A program made the translations under genes and the position numbers. A stretch of 64,000 nt of DNA from a virus (taxonomy: Duplodnaviria > Caudoviricetes), in the IMG/VR virus record IMGVR_UViG_3300033069_001378, positions 188,527 to 252,526 of that record; one strand, written 5' to 3'. This document shows positions 39,038 through 48,574 of the stretch, one piece after another. Numbering within the stretch: the stretch's first letter is position 1; each line of letters opens with the position of its first letter. The notes below the pieces were generated by a model, which was not told the origin of the DNA, searched no databases, and saw only the letters and a list, made by a program, of their open reading frames with translations.

Positions 39038-40123
39038 CTATACGATACCTTTTGTTTTGGCAAGCTCAACAAGCTTATCCTTGTTTGTTTCTCTAAAGAA
39101 AACAATGACTCTGGCTTCTCTAGCTTCTTTTGGCATGATTCTGTATTCCAAGACTTCTTCGAACATAGAGTGAAGCTTATCGTGTGAGCTTACTTCCTTG
39201 GCAACGTAGAACCCGTAATACGCTTCCTTATCGTACTTCATGTGGTCCACAAGTTTCTCTCTCCACTTTGGCTTCTTGTCTTTGAAGAAAGCCTTGTATG
39301 GATTGATGTTGTATGCATAATGAGCAATCTCACAGGTTCCATACCCTGAGAACCTAAGAGGATTTAGCTCAATTGGAATCCACTGTCTTCCTTTCTCATT
39401 GAAGCGAAATTCAAAATGAAATGGAAAGTCAATCAGACGACCATAAAGCTTAGAAATGTCATTGAGAAGATTGGTTATATTCAAGAACTGTTCAACAAGC
39501 TTTACGTTCGTGTAATAGAGTGTGTCGGAACTATCTTTGTCGTCAGCAAACAGATGCTCAGTTATGTTGAGAATGACTGGTGCTCCGTATTCGTCAAAGT
39601 AACCGTCAACCGCATACTCTTTTCCATGAATCATATCCTCTAGAATGTATGGGTTGCTTTCTGAAGCATTGAGCATCAGAGTCTTTTCTTCGGTTCCAAG
39701 TAGGTGAACTCCAAGACTTGAAATGCCAGAAACAGGCTTCAAAACTTTCTTGTTGTTAACGTAATCAGAAGAGTTGAAAAAGGTTGGCTTGGTAATCTTC
39801 TCAAACTGGAAGTAGGGATACAGTGGACTTATCGTCTTTCTGAAGTCGAACTTGTCTTTGAATCTCTTCGCTGCTTCTACAGATGGATGAGGATCATATT
39901 CATCAAAATGTTGATAGAGCCATGGAAGACAGTCTTCAAGACTTGTTAGGATCTTCTGTTCTGAGGCAGATTCAATATCAAAGTAGTCCTCAAAGTTGTT
40001 CAAAGGATATGAACCACTGTACGGCTCTGTAACGCTTTTGTCAAACTTGACGACAAGTTCATTTAGGTTTCGAAGGGATTTTCCAAGAAAAGCTGAATTG
40101 TATGGACCTGATAATATGAACAT
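39038..40123 (-). CDS. ATP-grasp domain protein
   Basis: KDKFDFR, LKPVSGISSLGV, ILEDMIHGKEYAVDG, FHFEFR, IELNPLRFSG. Confidence 0.85.
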   Translation of the reverse strand: MFILSGPYNSAFLGKSLRNLNELVVKFDKSVTEPYSGSYPLNNFEDYFDIESASEQKILTSLEDCLPWLYQHFDEYDPHPSVEAAKRFKDKFDFRKTISPLYPYFQFEKITKPTFFNSSDYVNNKKVLKPVSGISSLGVHLLGTEEKTLMLNASESNPYILEDMIHGKEYAVDGYFDEYGAPVILNITEHLFADDKDSSDTLYYTNVKLVEQFLNITNLLNDISKLYGRLIDFPFHFEFRFNEKGRQWIPIELNPLRFSGYGTCEIAHYAYNINPYKAFFKDKKPKWREKLVDHMKYDKEAYYGFYVAKEVSSHDKLHSMFEEVLEYRIMPKEAREARVIVFFRETNKDKLVELAKTKGIV

Positions 40124-40180
40124 ATGGATAACCTGTTTTCTATACTCATTCTATTCATCAGTCAGTATAAGAGGTACTCA

Positions 40181-40543
40181 ATGTCAGAAATCGATCAGTT
40201 TTTAACCAACCCAGAAGACGCGCAAGAAAACGAAGGCTATATCAAGCCAAACGTAGAAGTAGAACTTGCTCCAAACAAAAGACAAGAATGCAGGAACATC
40301 GTTAAGGAAATCAAAGAGTTTGGAGTAACTCAAAGACAGCTTGTCTATATCATCTATCTCTTATCTTTGGAAGTTGAAAACCTTGATATGATGAAGGCAA
40401 TTACCAAAATTGTTGGTGAACAAAGAAGCAACGTTCCTTTGACTCCAAAGGACAAGAACATAACCGTAATCGTTGGTAACGAAAAAAGCGGAGAAGAAGA
40501 TAAACCTTCCTCAACCGCAATCATCATTCCATCTGGGTATTGA
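40181..40543 (+). CDS. hypothetical protein
   Basis: GAGG SD before MSEIDQ. Confidence 0.65.
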   Translation: MSEIDQFLTNPEDAQENEGYIKPNVEVELAPNKRQECRNIVKEIKEFGVTQRQLVYIIYLLSLEVENLDMMKAITKIVGEQRSNVPLTPKDKNITVIVGNEKSGEEDKPSSTAIIIPSGY

Positions 40544-40578
40544 GCAATGCCTCTAGAGGATTTCTATAACCCCTAGAA

Positions 40579-40899
40579 TCAACGAACTCCCCGACCATAC
40601 TGTAAGTCACCGTAGTCCATTCCAACTGCCACCAAACGCCTTGTAGTGCCATCTGGAAAGGTGTACTCTACCTCTCCATGAATGCTTCTGTATTGCTTCT
40701 TGGATGGGTCTTCGTTCATTGCAATATAGAGTTGACCTTCAATTTGCTTTTGAAGCTTCGAACTGGTCTTTTCTCCACTTTCATTAAGGTAATGAACCCA
40801 ATGCAATAGAACCTCTCGATAGAGTCCGTCTGGTAGTGGACGGAATACTCTTTCGATTCCTGTTGTCATTCTGCCTAAGTTTCTATCTTGTATTCCCAT
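40579..40899 (-). CDS. hypothetical protein
   Basis: 106-aa ORF. Confidence 0.55.
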   Translation of the reverse strand: MGIQDRNLGRMTTGIERVFRPLPDGLYREVLLHWVHYLNESGEKTSSKLQKQIEGQLYIAMNEDPSKKQYRSIHGEVEYTFPDGTTRRLVAVGMDYGDLQYGRGVR

Positions 40900-40911
40900 T
40901 GTCTTATTCTT

Positions 40912-41595
40912 TCACTTCTTGTTCTGGCATTCGTTAAGTATCTCTGTTGCTGTGAGATATGGGAACATGAATCTAAACGGATCCTTCTTGTATGGTGAGT
41001 TTAGTCTTTGCTTCCACTTTGAGAACTCTGGAGAACCTGGAGCTACAATCCAAGAACCACCCTTTGCTGCTTCGTCTGCTGAGATATAGAATCTCTTAAC
41101 AAGAGAGTTTTGTGTTGCGTGTCCTGGCACTGGATGAGCGTCAATCCATCCTTGAGTGAATCCTGCTGCTACAAGGTCATCTCGAACCTTGTCTGCAAAT
41201 CCACCCTCACCACCGGGTTGTCCTGTGGTTGTTTCTGCTGTTGAGCAGGCAAACAAAGTAACGATAAGCTTCTTCTTGTTCTTTGCCTTCTTTACGAGTA
41301 AGTCTGTGAACTTCTTTCTGTTGGCTTGGGTTACATTCGCAGATGGAAGTGAGTTTCTAAGACCATGACCAAGATAAACAAAAGCATCAAATGGTTCGGC
41401 TTGGTCAATCAACTTACAGAACTCTTCAAAACGCTTTGGTCCTGCAAGACTGTTCTTGAAAGGAAAGACCTGTACCTTGTCTCCTGCTTCTGTACGTGTT
41501 CTGTTTAGGAAAACGCTCTCTGGAATGAAAGCTCCCTTTGCGTCGTTACCATGTGAATTTTCTGATGCGTGTAGGACTAATATGTTCATTGTCAT
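40912..41595 (-). CDS. putative caspase/hemoglobinase-fold cysteine peptidase
   Basis: FVYLGHG ... VTLFACST His-Cys dyad after hydrophobic strands. Confidence 0.5.
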   Translation of the reverse strand: MTMNILVLHASENSHGNDAKGAFIPESVFLNRTRTEAGDKVQVFPFKNSLAGPKRFEEFCKLIDQAEPFDAFVYLGHGLRNSLPSANVTQANRKKFTDLLVKKAKNKKKLIVTLFACSTAETTTGQPGGEGGFADKVRDDLVAAGFTQGWIDAHPVPGHATQNSLVKRFYISADEAAKGGSWIVAPGSPEFSKWKQRLNSPYKKDPFRFMFPYLTATEILNECQNKK

Positions 41596-41632
41596 TCATA
41601 TACCTCTTTTGTTCCATATTTATAGCAAGTAT

Positions 41633-42433
41633 ATGAAAACCACAAACGATAGACCAAAAAAGATAGTCCAAGCAAATAGCAAACCTTGCTCGAAGTGCGA
41701 AAAATCAAGTTCGAGAAAAGGCAAGCGTCTGATGTTTGATGACTATGAAGAAGAGCTAAGGGAATATGCTATGGATAGCATAGGCTCTTACCAAGGATCT
41801 AGCGTATGGGCAGGTACGGGCAACGTTGGTCTTGGAGGAACAAGACAACTTGCAACCCAAAGACTAAACAAGGCAACCAAGAAAGTTGCAGACCTTGAAG
41901 TCAATCTTGATCTTGCAGATCAAAGAGGCGACGACAACTTTGAAGACGAATATGCAGAAGAACAGCTAAGGAACATGGAAAAGAAGTTCATGGACCACAA
42001 CATAGTTCCAGAGGCTTTCCCAAAAATGTCTTCTTCACCCGGAGGAAGAGAATCTTCTTTTGCAAATCTTCCCGGATATCCAAGACAGAATAGTCTTGAA
42101 AAGAAAATGGACTTCATTCCAGACGATCAAGAAAAGACCGAAGAAGAGGAAATGAAGGATAATGAAGAAGAGTGGATTGACCACCTTATGACTCAACCTC
42201 AAACTACAGATCAAGCTGCTCAAATGTCAAAAACAATGGGCAAGCAACTTCAAGTACAAGCCGGTCTTCAGAATCAGCCAGAAAAGATTAAGAGAAACTT
42301 CGATACTCATAGCAACGTAGGTACAGTTGGTGGAGTGATTGCTCCCAAGAAGTTTGTACCTGATGAAATAGATCAATACACGGATGGAACAAAGGATATC
42401 TTATGGAAGATTGGCAGAAAAAATATATTCTAA
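41633..42433 (+). CDS. hypothetical protein
   Basis: Start MKTTND preceded by TATTTA. Confidence 0.6.
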   Translation: MKTTNDRPKKIVQANSKPCSKCEKSSSRKGKRLMFDDYEEELREYAMDSIGSYQGSSVWAGTGNVGLGGTRQLATQRLNKATKKVADLEVNLDLADQRGDDNFEDEYAEEQLRNMEKKFMDHNIVPEAFPKMSSSPGGRESSFANLPGYPRQNSLEKKMDFIPDDQEKTEEEEMKDNEEEWIDHLMTQPQTTDQAAQMSKTMGKQLQVQAGLQNQPEKIKRNFDTHSNVGTVGGVIAPKKFVPDEIDQYTDGTKDILWKIGRKNIF

Positions 42434-42885
42434 ACAGACAACAGGGACAAGGTGCATTGGCAGGACAAACTCCTCAACAGCCAATAAACCAAATTGATTC
42501 AAGCGGATATCTTAAACCGCTTACAACCCCATTGCCAAAGAAGCCTTCGAACACATGCTCAATAAGAGCGGGTGCGCTTCTATACAGACCAATCAACCAA
42601 GAGTTCGGCAACACAGCAATCTTGGTTGTGCCCGTTGGTCCAGCTCCACAAGACTTCACCCTTAAGCAGTTTGAATACAAGGAATCAAACAAGACCTGCT
42701 ACTTAGTTGAGAATCAATCTGCCGTGATTGATATGGGAAAGCTAGACCAAAACGAACAAAAGACACTCTCTTTGATCGAGGTGTCTTCTCCATTTGTCGG
42801 TAGATTTCTTGTTCACGAGTCCAACATTGTTTACAACCTTGAGTATGTAAAAGACTCGGACAAACGCTCTATCTTGAGAGGTTGA
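42403..42885 (+). CDS. hypothetical protein
   Basis: 160-aa ORF. Confidence 0.6.
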   Translation: MEDWQKKYILNRQQGQGALAGQTPQQPINQIDSSGYLKPLTTPLPKKPSNTCSIRAGALLYRPINQEFGNTAILVVPVGPAPQDFTLKQFEYKESNKTCYLVENQSAVIDMGKLDQNEQKTLSLIEVSSPFVGRFLVHESNIVYNLEYVKDSDKRSILRG

Positions 42886-43222
42886 TTGGAAACAGGAACT
42901 TCTTGTTGATGAAGGCTTCTGCTACGACAATTTCAACATTGTCATCTGTGGCAAAAATGTATTGATTCATTCTTGCCTCGTAGCGTCTAAAGCGAATCAA
43001 CTCGCCTGTCTTAATCACCATCTTGTTATTCGCATACTCGCGGAAGCTCTTGCTTGTGATATTCCTTGTCATAGGAATGATTGGCAACTCTTCTCCTAGT
43101 TCTTCTCTTAGCTCTTCCCTTACATGTACGCGGAAGGCACTAAATTGATTAAGAATCTTGGGATGACCTTCTGGAAAGGGATCTCCTGAAAGTGCGTAGT
43201 AGTGTGTTCCGTAATTTGCCAT
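42869..43222 (-). CDS. hypothetical protein
   Basis: 117-aa ORF with upstream sigma70-like promoter. Confidence 0.6.
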   Translation of the reverse strand: MANYGTHYYALSGDPFPEGHPKILNQFSAFRVHVREELREELGEELPIIPMTRNITSKSFREYANNKMVIKTGELIRFRRYEARMNQYIFATDDNVEIVVAEAFINKKFLFPINLSR

Positions 43223-43228
43223 GTTAAT

Positions 43229-43267
43229 ATGGTAACAAAAAAAGAGCAGGATGTAAATGCCTGCTCT
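43229..43267 (-). promoter_or_regulatory. intrinsic terminator overlapping a sigma70-like promoter
   Basis: AGAGCAGG..CCTGCTCT-T-run hairpin; TTTACA-N17-TACCAT with TG extension, 6 nt before ATG 43222. Confidence 0.6.
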
Positions 43268-43300
43268 GATTATGAGATATTATTTCCTAGATAATCCGAC

Positions 43301-43825
43301 TCAAACTGGCATTCCACCACCTTGAGGCATTGCTCCTGGATTTACTGGAGTGGTTGGTGGACCTGCTGGTTGTGGAGGAGGTGGCTGTTGTTGATCCATT
43401 GGATTTTGTTGACTTTGATCTTCTGGTCCATTAAGAGTAACAACCTTTGCCAATTCGTCGAAAGTCTTTTCTACGGTTTGCTTTGTTGCGTCATCCCAAC
43501 TCTTGAACAAGGTTGTAAGTTGTCCATAGATTTCTGGATCTGTGAATGAACGACCACCTCTGATGACATTCAACTTCTCAATCATCTTATCAAGAGTGAA
43601 TTGCTCAGATTGTACGCCAGGCTGTTGAGAGTTTTGATCTGGTGTTGCAGGAGGTGGAGGAGTCTGTGCTTGTGGAGGAGCAGGCTGTGCTGCTGACATT
43701 GGATCTGCTGCCAATGGAGCTTGTTGTTCCGCAATGGTATTTATAACCGCTTCTTTGATTAGGTTAGCTAGAGCACGATTGCGACGTTGCTTCTCAAGTT
43801 CCATTTGTTCTCTGATTGTTGACAT
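43301..43825 (-). CDS. P/Q-rich hypothetical protein
   Basis: LANLIKEAV leader; KLNVIRGGRSF core. Confidence 0.7.
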   Translation of the reverse strand: MSTIREQMELEKQRRNRALANLIKEAVINTIAEQQAPLAADPMSAAQPAPPQAQTPPPPATPDQNSQQPGVQSEQFTLDKMIEKLNVIRGGRSFTDPEIYGQLTTLFKSWDDATKQTVEKTFDELAKVVTLNGPEDQSQQNPMDQQQPPPPQPAGPPTTPVNPGAMPQGGGMPV

Positions 43826-43858
43826 GTAGATTCACCTATATTTCTCTTAAATATGAAG

Positions 43859-44386
43859 CTAGCTCAGTTTTACAACCAGTGCAATGTTAAAAACATTTAC
43901 CGCGATATCTTGAATTATCGACCCAAACACGTCAACATCAAACATAAGCTCTTCGTTCCACTTTATGTTATGGAAACACAGGCTATTCTCGGAAGCTGGA
44001 CCCTTCATAAAGGACTTTACTAGTTTTGAAGCCTTTGTCTTCACAACGGTATCGTACGAATTGATAGAGACTCTCAAAATCTTGTCGTCTTCATTGTAGG
44101 CAACCGATTCAATCTCGCCGTGGATGATAAGGTTATTTCCACCTACAGAGAACTTGATGTAGTCTTCCCATTCTTCAAAAGATTCTTCGGAATCGGACTC
44201 TTTGAGAATTGGCTCTTCTTCTCTAACCTTCGGCTTCTTGAACTTCTTTTTGTCTTTTTGTTGCTGCTCGTCAGAAAACATTGAATCTACGTCAACATCA
44301 TACCCTTCGCTAACGAGGGTCATTTCATCTTTTTTTCCAACAAGAACCTTACTGTTCTTCTCTTTGTTTTTTGCCATGATCTTCAT
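43859..44386 (-). CDS. hypothetical protein
   Basis: 175-aa ORF. Confidence 0.6.
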   Translation of the reverse strand: MKIMAKNKEKNSKVLVGKKDEMTLVSEGYDVDVDSMFSDEQQQKDKKKFKKPKVREEEPILKESDSEESFEEWEDYIKFSVGGNNLIIHGEIESVAYNEDDKILRVSINSYDTVVKTKASKLVKSFMKGPASENSLCFHNIKWNEELMFDVDVFGSIIQDIAVNVFNIALVVKLS

Positions 44387-44753
44387 ACTCCTTATCTAAG
44401 ACTAGGCAAGTCTTCAAGCAATGAATATAGAGCCTGCCGTCGTTACCATCTGAATATACATTTACGCTGACCAACATTTTCTTGCTTGCGTTCATATCAA
44501 TGTGAACGTGACTGGAGGTCTTTTCGGTAAATGCCTTTAAGCAAAAGTCTGAGAACTCTTTGTTGTTGTCGAATCTATAAGATTTGCAAAACGCAAAATG
44601 GGCAGCATCCTCGTTTGGATACCACCCATGCTCTTCAACTGTTTTGTTAAGGTTTTGTATTTGTTCTGGTTGCTCTAAAAGAAGGTCTTCTTCTGGTAGA
44701 GAGAATAACGATCTGAGTTTAGCTAGGAATGTTTGTGAGGAGTTGTGTCCCAT
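44349..44753 (-). CDS. hypothetical protein (possibly pterin-4a-carbinolamine dehydratase-like)
   Basis: GW......CKSYRF....F, H..I pattern; weak. Confidence 0.4.
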   Translation of the reverse strand: MGHNSSQTFLAKLRSLFSLPEEDLLLEQPEQIQNLNKTVEEHGWYPNEDAAHFAFCKSYRFDNNKEFSDFCLKAFTEKTSSHVHIDMNASKKMLVSVNVYSDGNDGRLYIHCLKTCLVLDKEYEDHGKKQREEQ

Positions 44754-44768
44754 ACCTAGCTAAATAGA

Positions 44769-45605
44769 TCAGACCTCACCCTTCTTCCTACGAGGACTTG
44801 CCTTACGTGCGACAGCAGCCTGGAAGGTCTTCCAAATACGATCGGAAGGATCAGACTCCGCATCAGAAATAAGCATTTCCATAGCTACATCGCGACCATG
44901 AGTCTTGAGAGAATTGTAGAGTTCCTTGATTGCGCTCTTCTCGATGTTGCTGACCATGCCGATATCATCTTCGATATTGACAAGCTTCGCTGCCTGGATT
45001 GCCTTCAAGAAAGAATTGACATTTCCCTTGCTTGCGTTGAGAAGCACGAGATAGTCTGCTGCTGCGGACTGACGAGCCTTGTCCACGTTTGCAAGCATCG
45101 TTGCAACGCCATCGTCTTCGTCTCCACCACCGGCAAGACGCTGTAGCTTCGCTGCTGCGGCATCAATCTTCTTTGCCGCACCCATCTTGGTCATTCCCAT
45201 TTCCTGACCAATTACGTCAAGAGGAACATCACCCTGACGATACGAAAGCTTATCTTCCTGCTCTTCGTCGTCTGGAACGACTTCCGAATCCGAAGGAATG
45301 GAACGACCGTTATCACGGTTCTTAAACTGATTCAAGAGACTTGCATAGGACGCAGGAATGGTCTTGCGTGCCTCAAACTCTTCTGGCTTGAGCTTAAACT
45401 TGCTTCCCTGTAGGAAATCGATTACGTTGCCCACGTTGATCGAAGCAGGAATCTGACTTCCATACTCAGACTTGAGTAGATCAAGTGCCCACTTGTTAAA
45501 GCTATTCTTACCAACCTGCTCCTTCACGAGCTTGCCTGCTTCCTCACGAATCATCTTGGTGAGCGGAGAAAGGTTAAACGACTTATTCTTCTTAGCGAAA
45601 CTCAT
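44769..45605 (-). CDS. hypothetical protein with possible HTH
   Basis: LDVIGQEMGMTKMGA; LTKMIREEA leader. Confidence 0.65.
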   Translation of the reverse strand: MSFAKKNKSFNLSPLTKMIREEAGKLVKEQVGKNSFNKWALDLLKSEYGSQIPASINVGNVIDFLQGSKFKLKPEEFEARKTIPASYASLLNQFKNRDNGRSIPSDSEVVPDDEEQEDKLSYRQGDVPLDVIGQEMGMTKMGAAKKIDAAAAKLQRLAGGGDEDDGVATMLANVDKARQSAAADYLVLLNASKGNVNSFLKAIQAAKLVNIEDDIGMVSNIEKSAIKELYNSLKTHGRDVAMEMLISDAESDPSDRIWKTFQAAVARKASPRRKKGEV

Positions 45606-45991
45606 GATCTTTTGCCTCTTTTATTGGTAGTTGTAGTTGCTGGAGCTACTGTTACGGGAGCTTGTTCTTCTTCTACTGTTTCTTCTTCTTGTTGTTCTGT
45701 GGTTTCCTCTTCTTCTTCTTCTGGAAGCGATTCGTCAACAGCTTCATCAGAGCTTTGACTCGCATCGGTAACTTTTCCTTCATTCCATCTGCGACCAAAA
45801 TACAAACCGAGCAATGGAGTCATATACCCCATCGCTACAGTTGACTCAAATGCCGGAATGTTGTGAAGACCGAATGCTGTACCTACTACCCAAAATACCA
45901 ACCAAGCAGTAACAATGACGAACGACAAAAGTGCCATCGTCAAACTGGCAGATGGCTTTCCATCTGAGTTCTTCATATACAACTTACTCAT
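45602..45991 (-). CDS. two-TM membrane protein (holin-like)
   Basis: Two hydrophobic helices, YFGRR, charged C-tail. Confidence 0.55.
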   Translation of the reverse strand: MSKLYMKNSDGKPSASLTMALLSFVIVTAWLVFWVVGTAFGLHNIPAFESTVAMGYMTPLLGLYFGRRWNEGKVTDASQSSDEAVDESLPEEEEEETTEQQEEETVEEEQAPVTVAPATTTTNKRGKRS

Positions 45992-46061
45992 AATAACACC
46001 TGATTTCCTAAATGTAAACTACTTGGTAAATATTCTTTAGCTGCCCTATTTCCCGACAGTT

Positions 46062-46628
46062 TCAATGATTTCTACCAATGACGTATGCTGTAGCGGTACC
46101 CGCTGCACCGATGGTAAGCACAATAAAGCCAACTAACAAGACTGGACGTAATACGGAACGCCTTGACAATCTTCGTGTCAAGGCGATTTCTCGTTCCAAC
46201 GCAGCCTGCCTGATTCTTCCGTCTTCACGTTCTGTGGCAAGACGAAGATTTGTTTGTTCAAGCTCCATGTAAGTCCATGCAACCATCTGTGCTGTGATTG
46301 CATTTTGGTATTCCGCTAGATAGCGTGGAAGGGCAGTTCTTTCTGCTTCAAGCCATGCACTTGCTGGTCCATTGAACAATACTCCGTTGTATGGAGCTTG
46401 CTCGCGGAACATAAGTGGATATAGTCTTGCGTCTGATGGCGGATTTGACAAAATCGTTGGTGGAGTAAGCGTAAGTGTTGGTGGAGTCGGTAAGACGTAT
46501 GTTACAGTTGTCTCTCCAACAGTGACACTTCTAGCCCCAGGCTGTGTTAAGTCTGGATCTTGACCATATGCCGTAGTTGACAGACATAAAGACAAAGCCA
46601 CAATTGCTGCAAGAATCTTTTTTCTCAT
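46062..46628 (-). CDS. exported protein with C-terminal TM
   Basis: MRKKILAAIVALSLC signal, QAPYNGVL, coiled coil, terminal hydrophobic helix. Confidence 0.6.
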   Translation of the reverse strand: MRKKILAAIVALSLCLSTTAYGQDPDLTQPGARSVTVGETTVTYVLPTPPTLTLTPPTILSNPPSDARLYPLMFREQAPYNGVLFNGPASAWLEAERTALPRYLAEYQNAITAQMVAWTYMELEQTNLRLATEREDGRIRQAALEREIALTRRLSRRSVLRPVLLVGFIVLTIGAAGTATAYVIGRNH

Positions 46629-47071
46629 GGACGTTCTCCGTTTTCATAAAGTGGAATACCGAGAACCATGTTCAGTCTTGATGCCATGATTCTTGGATTG
46701 TCTTGAGTATCGGTAATGATTTGGCGAATGGCTTGACTCTTTTCTCTGTCAACCTTTGCAACTGCCTCACCGTACTTCTCAGTTAGGTCTACAATGACCT
46801 TCTTGTACTTTTCTTCAATCAAGTCTCTGCGAAGAATCTCCTGTCTGTGATTCTCGGAAGCTTTATCAAAGTCCTTCCTTGAGTCTTCCAGAGCCTTTTG
46901 TAAGCTTCTGACAAGTTCGTCATTTTTTCTCTTGGTGAATATACCGTATCCAATGACTGCTGCCATTGCCAATCCGATACCGATGGTTTTCCAATTGTGC
47001 TTAATCCAAGCAAAAGCAAGAGCCATCTTTGTCTTCAATAAAACAGTAGTAATCATAATCATAATCCTCAA
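46625..47071 (-). CDS. N-anchored coiled-coil membrane protein (i-spanin-like)
   Basis: N-terminal TM then coiled coil; ATGA-coupled to next gene. Confidence 0.5.
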   Translation of the reverse strand: MRIMIMITTVLLKTKMALAFAWIKHNWKTIGIGLAMAAVIGYGIFTKRKNDELVRSLQKALEDSRKDFDKASENHRQEILRRDLIEEKYKKVIVDLTEKYGEAVAKVDREKSQAIRQIITDTQDNPRIMASRLNMVLGIPLYENGERP

Positions 47072-47074
47072 ATT

Positions 47075-47524
47075 TCAGTTTAGGTCATATTTCTTTGGAA
47101 TGGATACGGCACTACCTTGCTGTTGAGAGGAAGGAGAAGTTGTCTTAACCATAACGTCGCTTTTCTTCTTTTTTTCTTGCAGCGCAGGAAGTTCGTTCTT
47201 TGATAAGATTCCCTGCTCTTCAAGAGAGTAGAGAACTTCTTCAAAAACCGTTGTCATCTGTATGAGAATCTCTTGTTTTTCTTTTTCCTTAACAATGAAC
47301 TCATTAATCTGAGCCTTGAGGACGGTAATGTTTGCTTCAAGTCTGCTGATCTTCTCAATCAACATTTCGTTTTCGAACTTTCTTGTTTCATTAAGAAGCT
47401 CTTCTTGTGAAGGGTTAATCACAATATTTTTGGACGACTCTCTTTCCATTCTGGAAGAGTTGTACCCTTCAAGGAAGGCGTCTTTGAGTTCTTGAAGTAA
47501 AGGTTTTTTGTTGTTGTCAGTCAT
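47075..47524 (-). CDS. coiled-coil hypothetical protein
   Basis: 149-aa ORF. Confidence 0.6.
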   Translation of the reverse strand: MTDNNKKPLLQELKDAFLEGYNSSRMERESSKNIVINPSQEELLNETRKFENEMLIEKISRLEANITVLKAQINEFIVKEKEKQEILIQMTTVFEEVLYSLEEQGILSKNELPALQEKKKKSDVMVKTTSPSSQQQGSAVSIPKKYDLN

Positions 47525-47825
47525 TATCCGACTCCTCTATGTTATTGTCGAGTTTTTCCTGCTCTAGCTCTTCTTGGATCATCGCGTATATTGCGTTCGC
47601 ATCCAAGCTTTTCTTTCTCATGTTGCTCTCTTTGAACAAATCAGACTTCTTTTCCTTTGCTGCCTCCTTAATCAAATTCAATACGGCTTCGTCTCTCGTT
47701 GTGCCCCTTCGGACCAAGTGAGAGAAAAAGGTTTCTGCTGCGATACCTTGTTCAAATAGGATTTTTCGGAAATCCAAAAGGGAATCCGAATCTATCTCTA
47801 CTCTAACTAACGATTTCTTTTTCAT
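47517..47825 (-). CDS. small hypothetical protein (RHH-like N-terminus)
   Basis: KSLVRVEID..L..FR. Confidence 0.55.
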   Translation of the reverse strand: MKKKSLVRVEIDSDSLLDFRKILFEQGIAAETFFSHLVRRGTTRDEAVLNLIKEAAKEKKSDLFKESNMRKKSLDANAIYAMIQEELEQEKLDNNIEESDND

Positions 47826-47845
47826 GGCTTTTCAGCCTTTGCGTT

Positions 47846-48568
47846 TCAGCCTTCACCACCAACCGCACCACCAGAAGAAGGAGCTGAAAGATCTCCTCCA
47901 CCTGTTGCGCCTAGTGTATAGTCAGTTGGAGACTGATTCTGTGGATCTCCCTGACCGTATTCGCTACCATCTTGAGTAACAGCGGAAAGACCGTAGTTGT
48001 TCTTCAACATATCTACAAGTTCTTTACCTGTACGCTCGTCGTAGTTATTTGCGATATACTGCTCTGCACGATTAAGAATAATCGATTTTGGATCAATGAG
48101 AGATTGGTAGTTGTTTACAAGACGTGCCACGCCCATTGCGAAGTTGTTGAGGTCAATTCTTGGGGTCTTTGTCATTGGAGGACCGTCGGTTCCTCCACCG
48201 CCACCAGAGTCTCCACCAGCGTCATCCATGCCACCACCAGCATCGTCTCCCATATCCATACCTGCCATTGGATCATCTTGTTCTTTCATGATAGCTTCGA
48301 ACAAGTCAATCAACGAACCCTTTGCAAAAGCACTTTCGTACATTGCGGAAGATGGGATTGCTTCTCTTTCATAACGAACAAGGTAGCGATCGATTGCTTG
48401 GTCCAAAGAAACGTTCTTTTGAACCACAGGAGCAGTATCGCGCATAGCGCCAGGATAAGGAGATTGTTCATCTTCCTTGATTAGCTTTTTCTTGCTGTTT
48501 GCTCTGCGTTGCTCTTTGAGCTTTTCTGCACGAGCGATTTGAAGAATCATTTCTTTAGAGATTTTCAT
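47846..48568 (-). CDS. acidic hypothetical protein
   Basis: MKISKE..LIKED leader; SLDQAIDRYL, FAMGVARLVNNY. Confidence 0.7.
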   Translation of the reverse strand: MKISKEMILQIARAEKLKEQRRANSKKKLIKEDEQSPYPGAMRDTAPVVQKNVSLDQAIDRYLVRYEREAIPSSAMYESAFAKGSLIDLFEAIMKEQDDPMAGMDMGDDAGGGMDDAGGDSGGGGGTDGPPMTKTPRIDLNNFAMGVARLVNNYQSLIDPKSIILNRAEQYIANNYDERTGKELVDMLKNNYGLSAVTQDGSEYGQGDPQNQSPTDYTLGATGGGDLSAPSSGGAVGGEG

Positions 48569-48574
48569 TTTGTC

